This document shows, piece after piece, positions 17,493-28,013 of a DNA stretch of 64,000 bases; within the stretch, counting starts at the first letter, position 1, and every line of letters begins with the position of its first letter. The position numbers and the translations under genes were made by a program. This stretch comes from Bacteroidota bacterium (lineage in GTDB: Bacteria; Bacteroidota; Bacteroidia; JABEUT01): the NCBI GenBank assembly GCA_013289165.1, contig JABDAL010000001.1:9603-73602 (forward strand), given 5' to 3'. The notes under the pieces are model-generated. The model did no database searches and was not told where the DNA came from. It worked only from the letters and a program-made list of their open reading frames with translations.

Positions 17493-18644
17493 ATGTATGC
17501 ATTAACCCATGTGCTGCTTTTCTTTTTTGTATTATTAACGTGCATTTATTTTGTTTACATTCTGTCGCATTTAATTAGTTGGATTAGGTTACCGATAAGT
17601 ACTATGTCGGAAAACTATGTTGCCAAAACTAAAATCAGCCTGGTAATTGCGGCACGAAATGAAGAAAGTACAATTACCAACTGTTTAAATTCTATTGCAG
17701 TACAAACATACCCGGCTAGTCTTTTAGAGGTAATTGTTGTTGATGACCATTCTACAGATAGCACAATGGAAGTGGCTGAAAAAGCCTTCTCTCAAATAAA
17801 AATTGTAGGAAAGTGTATTTCAAATCCTGAAAACGTTAATGGCAAAAAAGCTGCACTAACCGAGGGTATTAAGAACTCATCGGGGGAACTTATCGTGATA
17901 ACCGATGCAGATTGTGCGGCAGATAAAGATTGGTTATCTACCATTGAAAATGAATATCAAAAAATAGGCGCCTGTATGCTTTGCGGGCCTGTGAAAATAG
18001 AGAATGAAGCGGGTGTATTGGGGCAATTCCAAAGCCTTGAACTATGTGGACTTTCATTGCTTTCTGGGGCAGGAATAAATGCCGATATTCCTTTGCTCTG
18101 TAATGGAGCCAATATAGCCTATACCCGGAAAGTATTTAATGAGGTAGATGGATTTAAAGGTATAGACGGCAGCCCTTCCGGTGATGATACTTTACTCATG
18201 TTTAAGATACATAAAAAATACCCGGGTAAAATACGCTATGTAAAGTCGAAAGAGGCTTTTGTATCTACTTCTGCACAAACTTCGTTAAAGAACTTTTTGT
18301 CTCAACGTATCCGTTGGGCTTCTAAAGGGCTATATTCGAAGAGTGTTCTCAATAGTTTAGTAAGCATGCTCGTTTTTACTTCTAACTTTTTTTCTTTCCT
18401 TGCAATCATAGCCTTAGTTGCTTGCGGAAGGCTTGTTCCATTACTTGGGGTTGGAATAATTTTAAAAATTGTTGCTGATTTTTTACTATTGTTTTTTGCG
18501 ACCGGCTTTTTTAATAAGAGAAAACTTTTATGGATTTTTCCAATAGCAGAAGTTATTACAATGCTCTACATTAGCTATATTGGAATTGTTGCTAATTTTT
18601 CATCATACAGTTGGAAAGGCAGGAATTATAAACGTCCTTCATGA
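17493..18644 (+). CDS. family 2 glycosyltransferase (membrane-anchored)
   Basis: GT2 motifs (SLVIAARNEE, VVDDHSTD, DADC) plus C-terminal transmembrane segments. Confidence 0.8.
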   Translation: MYALTHVLLFFFVLLTCIYFVYILSHLISWIRLPISTMSENYVAKTKISLVIAARNEESTITNCLNSIAVQTYPASLLEVIVVDDHSTDSTMEVAEKAFSQIKIVGKCISNPENVNGKKAALTEGIKNSSGELIVITDADCAADKDWLSTIENEYQKIGACMLCGPVKIENEAGVLGQFQSLELCGLSLLSGAGINADIPLLCNGANIAYTRKVFNEVDGFKGIDGSPSGDDTLLMFKIHKKYPGKIRYVKSKEAFVSTSAQTSLKNFLSQRIRWASKGLYSKSVLNSLVSMLVFTSNFFSFLAIIALVACGRLVPLLGVGIILKIVADFLLLFFATGFFNKRKLLWIFPIAEVITMLYISYIGIVANFSSYSWKGRNYKRPS

Positions 18645-19831
18645 TATTTCTTCGAAATAAAAATAAGTCTGTTGATTCACTTTCTTTGAGCCAAAAGGCG
18701 TGGAAGAAATTCAAGAAGAATAAAGTGGCATTGGTTAGTTTTTACTTTATTCTTTTTACCGTTATAGTTTCTTTGTTGGGTTACCTCATTACTCCCGATT
18801 CGACTCCCGATGCAAACAACCAGGTTCTACAGCTATCAGTAAAGCCGCCGGGAACAAAAGTTACCATGTTATTGATGAAAAAGAATGTGGAGATTAAAAA
18901 AGTTTCTTTCATAAAGAAAATGCTGTTTGGGCAGGAAAGCCAGTATTACTATATTCCGCTATATTCATATAGTTTCCGGGGGAATGATTTAGTTGCAGAA
19001 CTTTATACCGGAAGCAATCCAAACAATGGTCAAATCAAGAAATTTAATTTATCAGAAATAGTTTATGGAACTATTGATACAGGTAAATCAGGCGCTGGAT
19101 TAAAGGCGGAAATAGAGAAGAATAGTCTAACAACTAAAATATATCTTCTTGGGACCGACCAGGAAGGCAGGGATGTATTGAGCAGGTTACTAATAGGTAC
19201 CCGCATTTCCTTATCTGTCGGATTTATTGCAGTAGTTATTTCACTTTTCATTGGCATATTGATGGGTGCTACAGCGGGCTATTACAAGGGCAGGTGGGAT
19301 AGTTTTGTTATGTGGTTGCTCAGTGTGGTATGGTCTCTGCCAACATTGTTATTGGTAATATCGATTACGCTTGCGCTTGGAAAGGGGTTTTGGCAAATAT
19401 TTATTGCCGTGGGCCTCACTATGTGGATTGATACCGCAAGAATAGTGCGCGGGCAGGTGATTTCATTAAGAGAAGAAACTTTTATTGAAGCCGGGAAAGC
19501 TATGGGATTTTCTACATCAAGAATAATTTTAAGGCACATACTTCCCAATATAACAGGTACGATAACGGTAGTTGCGGCTGATAATTTTGCCACCGCTATT
19601 TTGTTGGAAGCAGGGCTTAGTTTCCTGGGAATTGGGGCACAGCCTCCCACTGCTTCCTGGGGCTCGATGATAAATGCCAACCGGGGCTTTATTATTACAG
19701 ATTCTGCCTATCTTGTTTTTCTGCCGGGAATATGCCTTATGTTGCTGGTATTGGCATTTTTCCTGGTTGGCAATGGCCTCCGTGATGCCTTGGATAATAA
19801 GAGCGAGGCAAGCCAGCTGGTGGGAGCATGA
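18641..19831 (+). CDS. ABC transporter permease, DppC/OppC type
   Basis: OppC_N-like N-terminus, LGTDQEGRDVLSRLLIGTRISL, and the BPD_transp_1 EAA-type loop (FIEAGKAMGFS). Start overlaps the GT2 stop (ATGA). Confidence 0.8.
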   Translation: MIFLRNKNKSVDSLSLSQKAWKKFKKNKVALVSFYFILFTVIVSLLGYLITPDSTPDANNQVLQLSVKPPGTKVTMLLMKKNVEIKKVSFIKKMLFGQESQYYYIPLYSYSFRGNDLVAELYTGSNPNNGQIKKFNLSEIVYGTIDTGKSGAGLKAEIEKNSLTTKIYLLGTDQEGRDVLSRLLIGTRISLSVGFIAVVISLFIGILMGATAGYYKGRWDSFVMWLLSVVWSLPTLLLVISITLALGKGFWQIFIAVGLTMWIDTARIVRGQVISLREETFIEAGKAMGFSTSRIILRHILPNITGTITVVAADNFATAILLEAGLSFLGIGAQPPTASWGSMINANRGFIITDSAYLVFLPGICLMLLVLAFFLVGNGLRDALDNKSEASQLVGA

Positions 19832-19839
19832 CAATATTT

Positions 19840-20988
19840 TTATTCCTTTGAAAGAATAGCGAATTGAAGCGAGAAGAGAAAGCGGATTAGCTCGAAGGAA
19901 CTCCAGTGTATAAATTTTTCCAGGATACTCATTCGTTTCCTGTTTTCATCGGGTGTTACTTCAGTGCATTGGTTTATGATACTTTCTAGTTCTTGTTTTA
20001 CCTTGTTGGCAAAGGATTCATCTTTTACTTCCAGGTTTGTTTCTATGCTGCTAAAATGGCTCAGGTGATTGATATTATAAGAACCAACGCTGACCCAGTC
20101 ATTATCCACTGTCATTAATTTGCCGTGCAAAATTGTTTTATTCCATTCGTATAGTTCAATATTATTACGGAGCATCCAGGCGTACCAATACTCAGTAGCA
20201 TATTTAATCAGTTTTACATCGCTTTTTCCCGGGAGGATTATTTTCACTTTTACTTTTCGTTTTGATGCATTTTTCAATGATCTTCTCATCCTCCTTCCAG
20301 GAAGAAAATAGCTTGCCATAATAACTACAGATGAGCGGGAATGCCGGACAGAATTATTCAAGCTCCTTGAAATTCCTTGCTTTCTATTAAGCCAATCGTT
20401 CTGTTGTAATTTAACCGCTACCTGGTTTGTCTCATAATCCGGATCAAGCAGGGCATGCTTCTTTTTTCTCCGGAAATAGCCTTTTCCTGTCCAAAGATGT
20501 TTGCACATTACGGAAATATCTGCACATATATCCCCGGTTACATACACTGCATAATCGAGCCAGGGAGAATCCTTTCCTGTTAAATGGTAATGATTGTCAA
20601 AATTGATGCCGCCAATAAGAGCTTCCTTTTCATCACTGAGTAATATCTTGTGGTGGAGCCTTCTTCCAAAGCGAATATGAAGGCCTGAAAAAAGGGGAGA
20701 GTAAGTCCTAAAATTTATCCCTGCTTCTTTTATGGAACGGATAGTGGAAGATCCCAGTTCATGTGAACCAAAAGCATCTACCAAAAGAAACACTTCAACC
20801 CCTCGTTTTACTGTTTCTGCAAGAAGTTTTATGGTTTCCTGTCCGGTGCAATCATTGGCAAAAATGTAAGTCTGGAGATAGATAGATTGTTGGCTATTGG
20901 AGATTATCCGGTAAGCTTCTTCAAAAAACTCAGATCCGCTTTTTACTAATTTAACACAGGATGCAAGGTTGTAAGAATTTCTTTTCAT
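19840..20988 (-). CDS. phospholipase D / cardiolipin synthase-like protein (two HKD motifs)
   Basis: HKD motifs HHKILLSDEKEALIGGINF and LHGKLMTVDNDWVSVGSYN. Start set at the first ATG (MKRNSYNL). Confidence 0.75.
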   Translation of the reverse strand: MKRNSYNLASCVKLVKSGSEFFEEAYRIISNSQQSIYLQTYIFANDCTGQETIKLLAETVKRGVEVFLLVDAFGSHELGSSTIRSIKEAGINFRTYSPLFSGLHIRFGRRLHHKILLSDEKEALIGGINFDNHYHLTGKDSPWLDYAVYVTGDICADISVMCKHLWTGKGYFRRKKKHALLDPDYETNQVAVKLQQNDWLNRKQGISRSLNNSVRHSRSSVVIMASYFLPGRRMRRSLKNASKRKVKVKIILPGKSDVKLIKYATEYWYAWMLRNNIELYEWNKTILHGKLMTVDNDWVSVGSYNINHLSHFSSIETNLEVKDESFANKVKQELESIINQCTEVTPDENRKRMSILEKFIHWSSFELIRFLFSLQFAILSKE

Positions 20989-21054
20989 AACATAATCATA
21001 GGTATCGGAGTGGTGAAAAATACTAAATAAATTAATCCTATATTTAACCAACAG

Positions 21055-21669
21055 ATGGCAGAATACATTTCCATAACAGCTTCTGAACCGGAAGAGGATA
21101 TCCTTGGCCTCGCAATAGAGTGTTTTAATTCAGGCGGAGTGGTTATATATCCTACCGATACTATATATGCGATGGGATGCAGCCTTAATAAGCCACAGGC
21201 AATTGAAAAAATGGCACGCATAAAAGGAATACGGGCAGATAAAGCTGTCTTTTCACTTATATTTCATGACTTTGCGAGTATTGCAAATTATACCCAACCG
21301 GGGAATACTGCTATTTATAAGCTTATGAAAAGATGCCTTCCCGGGGCTTTTACTTTTATACTGAATGCCAATGCCAGCATCAGCCGCCTGATGAATACCC
21401 GCCGGAAAACAGTCGGGGTGCGTATTCCAGGCAACCCCATAACGCTTAAGCTGGTAGAAATTCTGGGATGCCCTATTGTTTCGACTTCCCTTCATGATGA
21501 AGATGAAATTGTAAAATTCCCGACAGACCCTATGGATATTTTCAATCATTACGAGGATAAAGTGGACATGCTGATTGACGGAGGATTTGGACATAATGAA
21601 GAGTCAACCATTATTGATTGCACTTCCGGAGAGCCTCTGCTTGTAAGGCAGGGGGCAGGGATACTCTAA
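21055..21669 (+). CDS. tsaC: L-threonylcarbamoyladenylate synthase (YrdC/TsaC family)
   Basis: 204 aa. YPTDTIYAMGC and the RIP..P motifs of the YrdC domain. Confidence 0.8.
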   Translation: MAEYISITASEPEEDILGLAIECFNSGGVVIYPTDTIYAMGCSLNKPQAIEKMARIKGIRADKAVFSLIFHDFASIANYTQPGNTAIYKLMKRCLPGAFTFILNANASISRLMNTRRKTVGVRIPGNPITLKLVEILGCPIVSTSLHDEDEIVKFPTDPMDIFNHYEDKVDMLIDGGFGHNEESTIIDCTSGEPLLVRQGAGIL

Positions 21670-21672
21670 AAT

Positions 21673-23046
21673 CTACAAGCCGTATTCAGAGAGCATATAT
21701 GTCATCATAGCTACTGATGCTGCACCCAGCTCCAGCTCTCTTTTATTCACTTTATCAAAGGTATCTGCTGCGGTGTGGTGGTAATCGAAATAACGTTGTG
21801 AGTCGGGTTCCAAACCGAGTTGAAAAGCTCCCAGGTCTTTTAATGGTGAAATGTCTGTACCGCCCTCACTTCCTAGGAAATCGTAAACGCCGTAAGGTAG
21901 AAACAGGTTTTTCCAAGCCAGTATTTTATTCTTTTTTTCTGTGGAGCCCCCTAATCCAAAACCACGGGGAGAGAAGCCTCCTGCATCCGATTCAATAGCT
22001 GCAATTTGGTTTTCGTGGTTCTTTTTGACCAATTCAGCATACTTCATGGCGCCCCGTGTTCCATTCTCTTCATTCATGAACATAACAAACCGTATGGTTC
22101 TTTTGGGTTTTATCCCTAATGCTTTAAAGGTTCTCATAACTTCCAGGGTCTGTACAATGCCCGCGCCATCATCATGCGCACCCTGTGCAAGGTCCCATGA
22201 ATCGAGGTGCCCGCCAATAGTGATATATTCGTCCGGGTGCTCGGTTCCCCTTATTTCTCCTACTACATTATATGACTTTTCGTCAGGCAGGGTCTGGCAA
22301 CTCATTTCGAAATGAAACCGTGTGCCCGGATCATTCTTTAACTGCTTGGAAAGTAATTCAGCGCCAATGGTGGATATAGCACAGCAAGGCACTTTGGGGA
22401 ATGAGTCCACATATTCCATAGCACCGGTGTGGGGGAAATCATCCAGGGCATTCGCCATAGAGCGTACTATGGCGCCTACCGCTCCATATTTGGCAGCCAT
22501 GCTTGGACCTGAATGGCGCTGGAACACAGCCTTGCCATAAGCAGCAAAGGTTTGTATTTCAGTTTCATCGAAGGGCTGATTAAAAAAAACTATTTTCCCT
22601 TCAACACCTAACTTGCCTATTTTTCGCAGTTCTTCAAAACTATGCACTTCGACCACCTTGGCGGTAATTCCTCCGGGTGGCGTAGCTACTGACCTGCCCA
22701 AGGCACAGATATTCACGGGGTAATCACCGGACAGGGTAGTTAATACAATAGCCTTTTCTTTTTCACCTCTCACCCAGTGCGGAACCATACATTCCTGCTT
22801 AAAGACCGTGTCGGCTCCAATACTTTCCATAAGTTGGTAGGTATATTCCACAGCGGCAGCAGCTTGTGGGGAACCTGTTAACCGGCCCCCTATTTTATTG
22901 CACAGGTAATCTAAATAGGAATAGCATTTGCCATGTAGCAATATCTCGTTGGCAATTGTGCGGAACATGATTGAATCTTTATCCTGGGCAAAAATGGAAC
23001 TTGTAAAAAGCAGGGGGAAAACGATTAAAAGGAGATGTTTTTTCAT
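21673..23046 (-). CDS. M28-family aminopeptidase (secreted)
   Basis: Signal peptide, a PA-like insert, and M28 metal-binding blocks (GGHLDSWD, GAHDDGAG, FMNEENG). Confidence 0.8.
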   Translation of the reverse strand: MKKHLLLIVFPLLFTSSIFAQDKDSIMFRTIANEILLHGKCYSYLDYLCNKIGGRLTGSPQAAAAVEYTYQLMESIGADTVFKQECMVPHWVRGEKEKAIVLTTLSGDYPVNICALGRSVATPPGGITAKVVEVHSFEELRKIGKLGVEGKIVFFNQPFDETEIQTFAAYGKAVFQRHSGPSMAAKYGAVGAIVRSMANALDDFPHTGAMEYVDSFPKVPCCAISTIGAELLSKQLKNDPGTRFHFEMSCQTLPDEKSYNVVGEIRGTEHPDEYITIGGHLDSWDLAQGAHDDGAGIVQTLEVMRTFKALGIKPKRTIRFVMFMNEENGTRGAMKYAELVKKNHENQIAAIESDAGGFSPRGFGLGGSTEKKNKILAWKNLFLPYGVYDFLGSEGGTDISPLKDLGAFQLGLEPDSQRYFDYHHTAADTFDKVNKRELELGAASVAMMTYMLSEYGL

Positions 23047-23068
23047 AAGTGTTTTTCAGTTATAGGTG

Positions 23069-23076
23069 CAAATGTA
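23069..23076 (-). promoter_or_regulatory. candidate -7 box TACATTTG for the M28 peptidase gene
   Basis: Reverse complement is TACATTTG, about 23 nt upstream of the ATG at 23046. Confidence 0.3.
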
Positions 23077-23119
23077 AAATTACTTTATTGATAAAAATGA
23101 GCTCGTTTTTTTTCCCATT

Positions 23120-23445
23120 CCAAAAACGGTTATGTCACGGTTTTTCACGAAACGGGCAACGTGACATAAAGATTATATACTCATAAAACCAAGTACTTAA
23201 GGCAGTTTTACACCATGACATATTTTTTTGACCACCGTGACATATCTTTTTGCGATGCAAGTATATAGCAATTATATTGCAAATAATATACGCTTAACAG
23301 CCTTATTACCAATATTTTGCCACGCTGTGACCATAGGGACGAAAAGCGCCTTTAGGAGTATGAGGCTGAAATAGCACCGTGACATAAAATAAGAAACTAA
23401 TAGACTAATAGGACGTTATGGGCATCGAGTACCGTGACATATCCT
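23120..23445 (+). repeat. copy 2 of the CCGTGACAT-box intergenic element
   Basis: See copy 1. Boxes are at 23132-23140 (inverted), 23159-23167, 23213-23221, 23235-23243, 23324-23334 (degenerate), 23377-23385 and 23432-23440. Confidence 0.75.
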
Positions 23446-23492
23446 CACCGCAATCATTTTTATAAAATGAAGCCCGCAGGCAGTGGAAACTT

Positions 23493-25190
<1,698 letters not shown>

Positions 25191-25216
25191 TTACTGAACT
25201 ATACTAACCAAAATTA

Positions 25217-25224
25217 TAGTTTTG
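25217..25224 (+). promoter_or_regulatory. candidate -7 box TAGTTTTG
   Basis: Exact TAnnTTTG 16 nt upstream of the ATG at 25240. Confidence 0.3.
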
Positions 25225-25239
25225 CAATTGTTAAAAAGT

Positions 25240-26127
25240 ATGAGTAAGGCGGGAAATATTGTTCTTTTGGCTCTGCTATTTGTAGTGGTTGAGAATGCTG
25301 CTGCGCAAGTGCAAAAGACAGATACGGGAACCATCTTTATGGCTGATAGCCTGAAGGCTGTATATATTTATGCGGATACCGGAAATGCTCTTAACAGAAG
25401 AGACGACCAGGGAAGAAGACAGGGGCTTTGGCAAAAAATATATCCTGACGGACACATACGGTACGTGGGACATTTTTGGGATGATAAGCCCACAGGAGTC
25501 TTTAAAAATTACTACGATGAGGGAGACAGCTTGGAAGCCATAAGAATATATTCGGATGATGGGCAGTCTGCATATGCGCATCTCTTTTATTTTACCGGGG
25601 CATTGATGGCGGAAGGCAAATATGTGGGTGAAAAAGAAGACAGCATTTGGAAGTTTTATAATGATATACAACAACTAGTGCGCAAAAGCCAATATAAAGA
25701 TGGCAAGCTGGAAGGCAAATCAGTCATTTTTTATCCGGATGGGAATGCGATGGAAATAAAAAACTGGAAGGACAGCCTGGAAGAAGGCCCTTTTCAACAG
25801 TATTTTGATGAAGGCGGGCTGAAGGAGGAAGGGACTTATGTTCATGGTGAGTTGCAGGATACGCTTTATGTGTACCACCCGGACGGGAAAATTTCTGTAA
25901 AAGGAACCTATGTTAACGATATGCACGAGGGCAAATGGATTTATTATTACGATGGTGCACCTACTGATACATTGGTATACCATAGGGGGCAATGTTTAAA
26001 CTGTTATAAATATGCTCCAACCAAAAGGCAGGAAGATTCCCTGAAACTCCATTACCAGCAGTTACAGCAACAACTTGATAATCCATCTAATCTGGAAGAA
26101 GGGTATCGAATGCCGGAGGGAGAGTAA
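25240..26127 (+). CDS. MORN-repeat-variant (YwqK-like) protein, secreted
   Basis: Signal peptide followed by repeated G.W..YY.dG......g.y..gk..G motifs typical of MORN_2 repeats. Confidence 0.65.
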   Translation: MSKAGNIVLLALLFVVVENAAAQVQKTDTGTIFMADSLKAVYIYADTGNALNRRDDQGRRQGLWQKIYPDGHIRYVGHFWDDKPTGVFKNYYDEGDSLEAIRIYSDDGQSAYAHLFYFTGALMAEGKYVGEKEDSIWKFYNDIQQLVRKSQYKDGKLEGKSVIFYPDGNAMEIKNWKDSLEEGPFQQYFDEGGLKEEGTYVHGELQDTLYVYHPDGKISVKGTYVNDMHEGKWIYYYDGAPTDTLVYHRGQCLNCYKYAPTKRQEDSLKLHYQQLQQQLDNPSNLEEGYRMPEGE

Positions 26128-26149
26128 AGTGGAGCTAATGGACTTTTCC

Positions 26150-26179
26150 GGTAGTGGGTCAGTTTGAAATTTAACATTT
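26150..26179 (+). repeat. left terminal inverted repeat of the IS1-family element
   Basis: 30/30 match to the reverse complement of 28005-28034. Begins GGTAGTG, similar to the GGTGATG start of classical IS1 ends. Confidence 0.85.
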
Positions 26180-26201
26180 ACAAAAATAGTTTTTTCATGC
26201 A

Positions 26202-26209
26202 TATATTTG
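26202..26209 (+). promoter_or_regulatory. candidate inward-facing -7 box TATATTTG inside the IS left end
   Basis: Exact TAnnTTTG. Its G is 5 nt before the ATG at 26214. Confidence 0.3.
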
Positions 26210-26213
26210 CAGC

Positions 26214-26357
26214 ATGATAAAACCGAAGCGACCACGGGACCCGATGCAGCTAGCAAAATATATTGCAGATATAGCAACCGGGGCTATTGTAGAAAAAAAA
26301 CCTACAAAAAAACGGAAAGTAAAAAAGACGGCTAAAAAGCGTAAATCCAAGAAGTAA
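26214..26357 (+). CDS. small basic ORF, 47 aa (MIKPKRPRDPMQLAKYIADIATGAIVEKKPTKKRKVKKTAKKRKSKK)
   Basis: Hand-translated; below the ORF-track cutoff. Lys/Arg-rich tail. The N-terminal RPRDP.QLAK.I.DIATG pattern looks like small hypothetical proteins I have seen elsewhere, but I cannot verify this. Confidence 0.35.
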   Translation: MIKPKRPRDPMQLAKYIADIATGAIVEKKPTKKRKVKKTAKKRKSKK

Positions 26358-26592
26358 ACGAGTAATTTTAATATATTTGTCTCGTTAAAACATATTAGCG
26401 TCCTTATCCTGCTTCCGAATCTATCACATTTCAAAAGCGGACACACAGACGGTAAGAGTATGCTCACGTTAGGCGTGGAGCGCTCTTGTTCTGTGTAACG
26501 CTTGTGATAGAGCGTGGAAGCAAATAAGTTTAGCTCCACGCTGAATTTAATAAACCACTCATGCGGGGCTTGTGAGTATAAAACAAGTTCGT

Positions 26593-26859
26593 ATGAAACC
26601 CAAAACAATGAAAATGTTAGGACTGCTTTTAATTGTTATCGGAATCCTTATCTGTATTCCGGTAACTATTGACAAAAATGAGAAATTCGTTGCGTATGCT
26701 GTAGATGGTACACCCTTTACAGAATTTGTGCAAAATCAAAACGACTATAGTGGATATATAATACCGGTAGTACTTGCTATTATAGGTTTTATCCTATTTT
26801 TAGTAGGCTATATGACTTCTTATACCCAAAAGGGAACAGAAGAAAATAAAGCCAAGTAA
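26593..26859 (+). CDS. small two-helix membrane protein, 88 aa (IS passenger)
   Basis: ORF with two clear hydrophobic helices (LGLLLIVIGILICIPV and IIPVVLAIIGFILFLVGY). Start set at the first ATG. Confidence 0.45.
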   Translation: MKPKTMKMLGLLLIVIGILICIPVTIDKNEKFVAYAVDGTPFTEFVQNQNDYSGYIIPVVLAIIGFILFLVGYMTSYTQKGTEENKAK

Positions 26860-27116
26860 TGAACAGGCTGTTAATAAGTTCTTAAATAATGAAATTATTA
26901 AAACTGTATTTTTGTACTTAGATAGAGCGGCACTCTATTTGATGTGAAAATCTTACGAGGGTTAAAACCCAAACGAAGAGCCCAAAAACAAGTGCCGCTT
27001 GTTTGAGGGCTTTAGTTTTTATATAAAGCCATCAACATCTATAATAGAGTAAATATGTCAGGTCTGGCATATAAAGCGTGCGCGTAAAATTTATTAGCTG
27101 AAGTGAGGAAATAGTT

Positions 27117-27188
27117 GCCTCCGTAGTTTAATGAAAGAATACCAGTTTGTCTAACGCGGAGATTCAGGTTCAAGTCCTGACGGAGGCA
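27117..27188 (+). pseudogene. degenerate tRNA-Asp(GTC)-like sequence
   Basis: 72 nt with canonical tRNA geometry. Perfect acceptor stem GCCTCCG/CGGAGGC, D arm GTTT-AATGAAA-GAAT, and perfect T arm TCAGG-TTCAAGT-CCTGA. The anticodon arm CCAGT-TTGTCTA-ACGCG forms only 3 of 5 pairs and has a pyrimidine at position 37. Confidence 0.5.
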
Positions 27189-27221
27189 CTACTTAATTAG
27201 CAATGCAAATATACTCAAAGT

Positions 27222-28013
27222 ATGAATATATTATCATTAGAAAAGAGGGGACAAATAATAACCCTCCTCGTAGAAGGTAATAGTATAAGGGCAACTGCGC
27301 GAATTACTGGCTGCTCAAAAAATACCATTGCAAAGTTATTGGAAGATATAGGAATAGCCTGCCTTAAGTTTCACGATGATATGGTACGGAATGTACGGGC
27401 AAACAGGGTCCAATGTGATGAGATATGGTCCTTTGTCTATGCCAAAAGAAAAAATGTACCGTATGATAAAATAGGTGAAGCCGGTGATGTTTGGACCTGG
27501 ACCGCTATAGATGCGGATAGTAAATTGATTATTTCATGGTTTGTTGGAGGGAGAGATATTAAAAGTGCTAACTATTTTATGCAAGATGTTGCCAGTAGGC
27601 TAACCAATAGGGTGCAATTAACAACTGATGGCTTAAAAGCCTATTTAGATGCTATAGAAGAGGCTTTTCCCAAAGGAGTAGACTTCGCTCAATTAGATAA
27701 ACAATACGCTGGAAGTAGATACGTGGGGGCCATAAAAACACCATTAATAGGCTGCCCGGATAATAAGCACATAACTACCAGCCATGTAGAGCGCCAAAAT
27801 CTCACTATGAGAATGCACATGAGACGTTTTACCAGGTTTACTAATGCCTTTTCAAAGAAAATAGAAAATCATTGCTATGCACTTGCCTTATATTTTGTGT
27901 ACTATAATTTCTGCAAGATTCATACAACTTTGCGCGTTACGCCTGCAATGGAAGCTGGATTAACTAACGATATTATGGAAATTACCGATATTGTGAAACT
28001 TATAAAATGTTAA
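27222..28013 (+). CDS. IS1-family DDE transposase (single-ORF type)
   Basis: N-terminal HTH (SIRATARITGCSKNTIAKLL). DDE region with CDEIWSFV...WTWTAIDADSKLI...LTTDGLKAY, and the IS1-type tail HVERQNLTMRMHMRRFTRFTNAFSKK. The stop codon lies inside the right TIR. Confidence 0.8.
   Translation: MNILSLEKRGQIITLLVEGNSIRATARITGCSKNTIAKLLEDIGIACLKFHDDMVRNVRANRVQCDEIWSFVYAKRKNVPYDKIGEAGDVWTWTAIDADSKLIISWFVGGRDIKSANYFMQDVASRLTNRVQLTTDGLKAYLDAIEEAFPKGVDFAQLDKQYAGSRYVGAIKTPLIGCPDNKHITTSHVERQNLTMRMHMRRFTRFTNAFSKKIENHCYALALYFVYYNFCKIHTTLRVTPAMEAGLTNDIMEITDIVKLIKC

Noticed and set aside
26195-26608. 137-aa minus-strand ORF across the IS cargo.
   Set aside because: It overlaps the plus-strand small ORF and the inverted-repeat region and has odd composition (Phe/Leu/Ser/Arg-rich). 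No start context or homology was recognised, so coding on this strand is unsupported.
27184-27195. CACTACT just after the tRNA-like sequence resembles the IS right-end terminus CACTACC, suggesting a possible nested or second IS end.
   Set aside because: Only 6 nt match and the orientation is that of a right end, not the left end needed for a short IS. No further TIR similarity follows.
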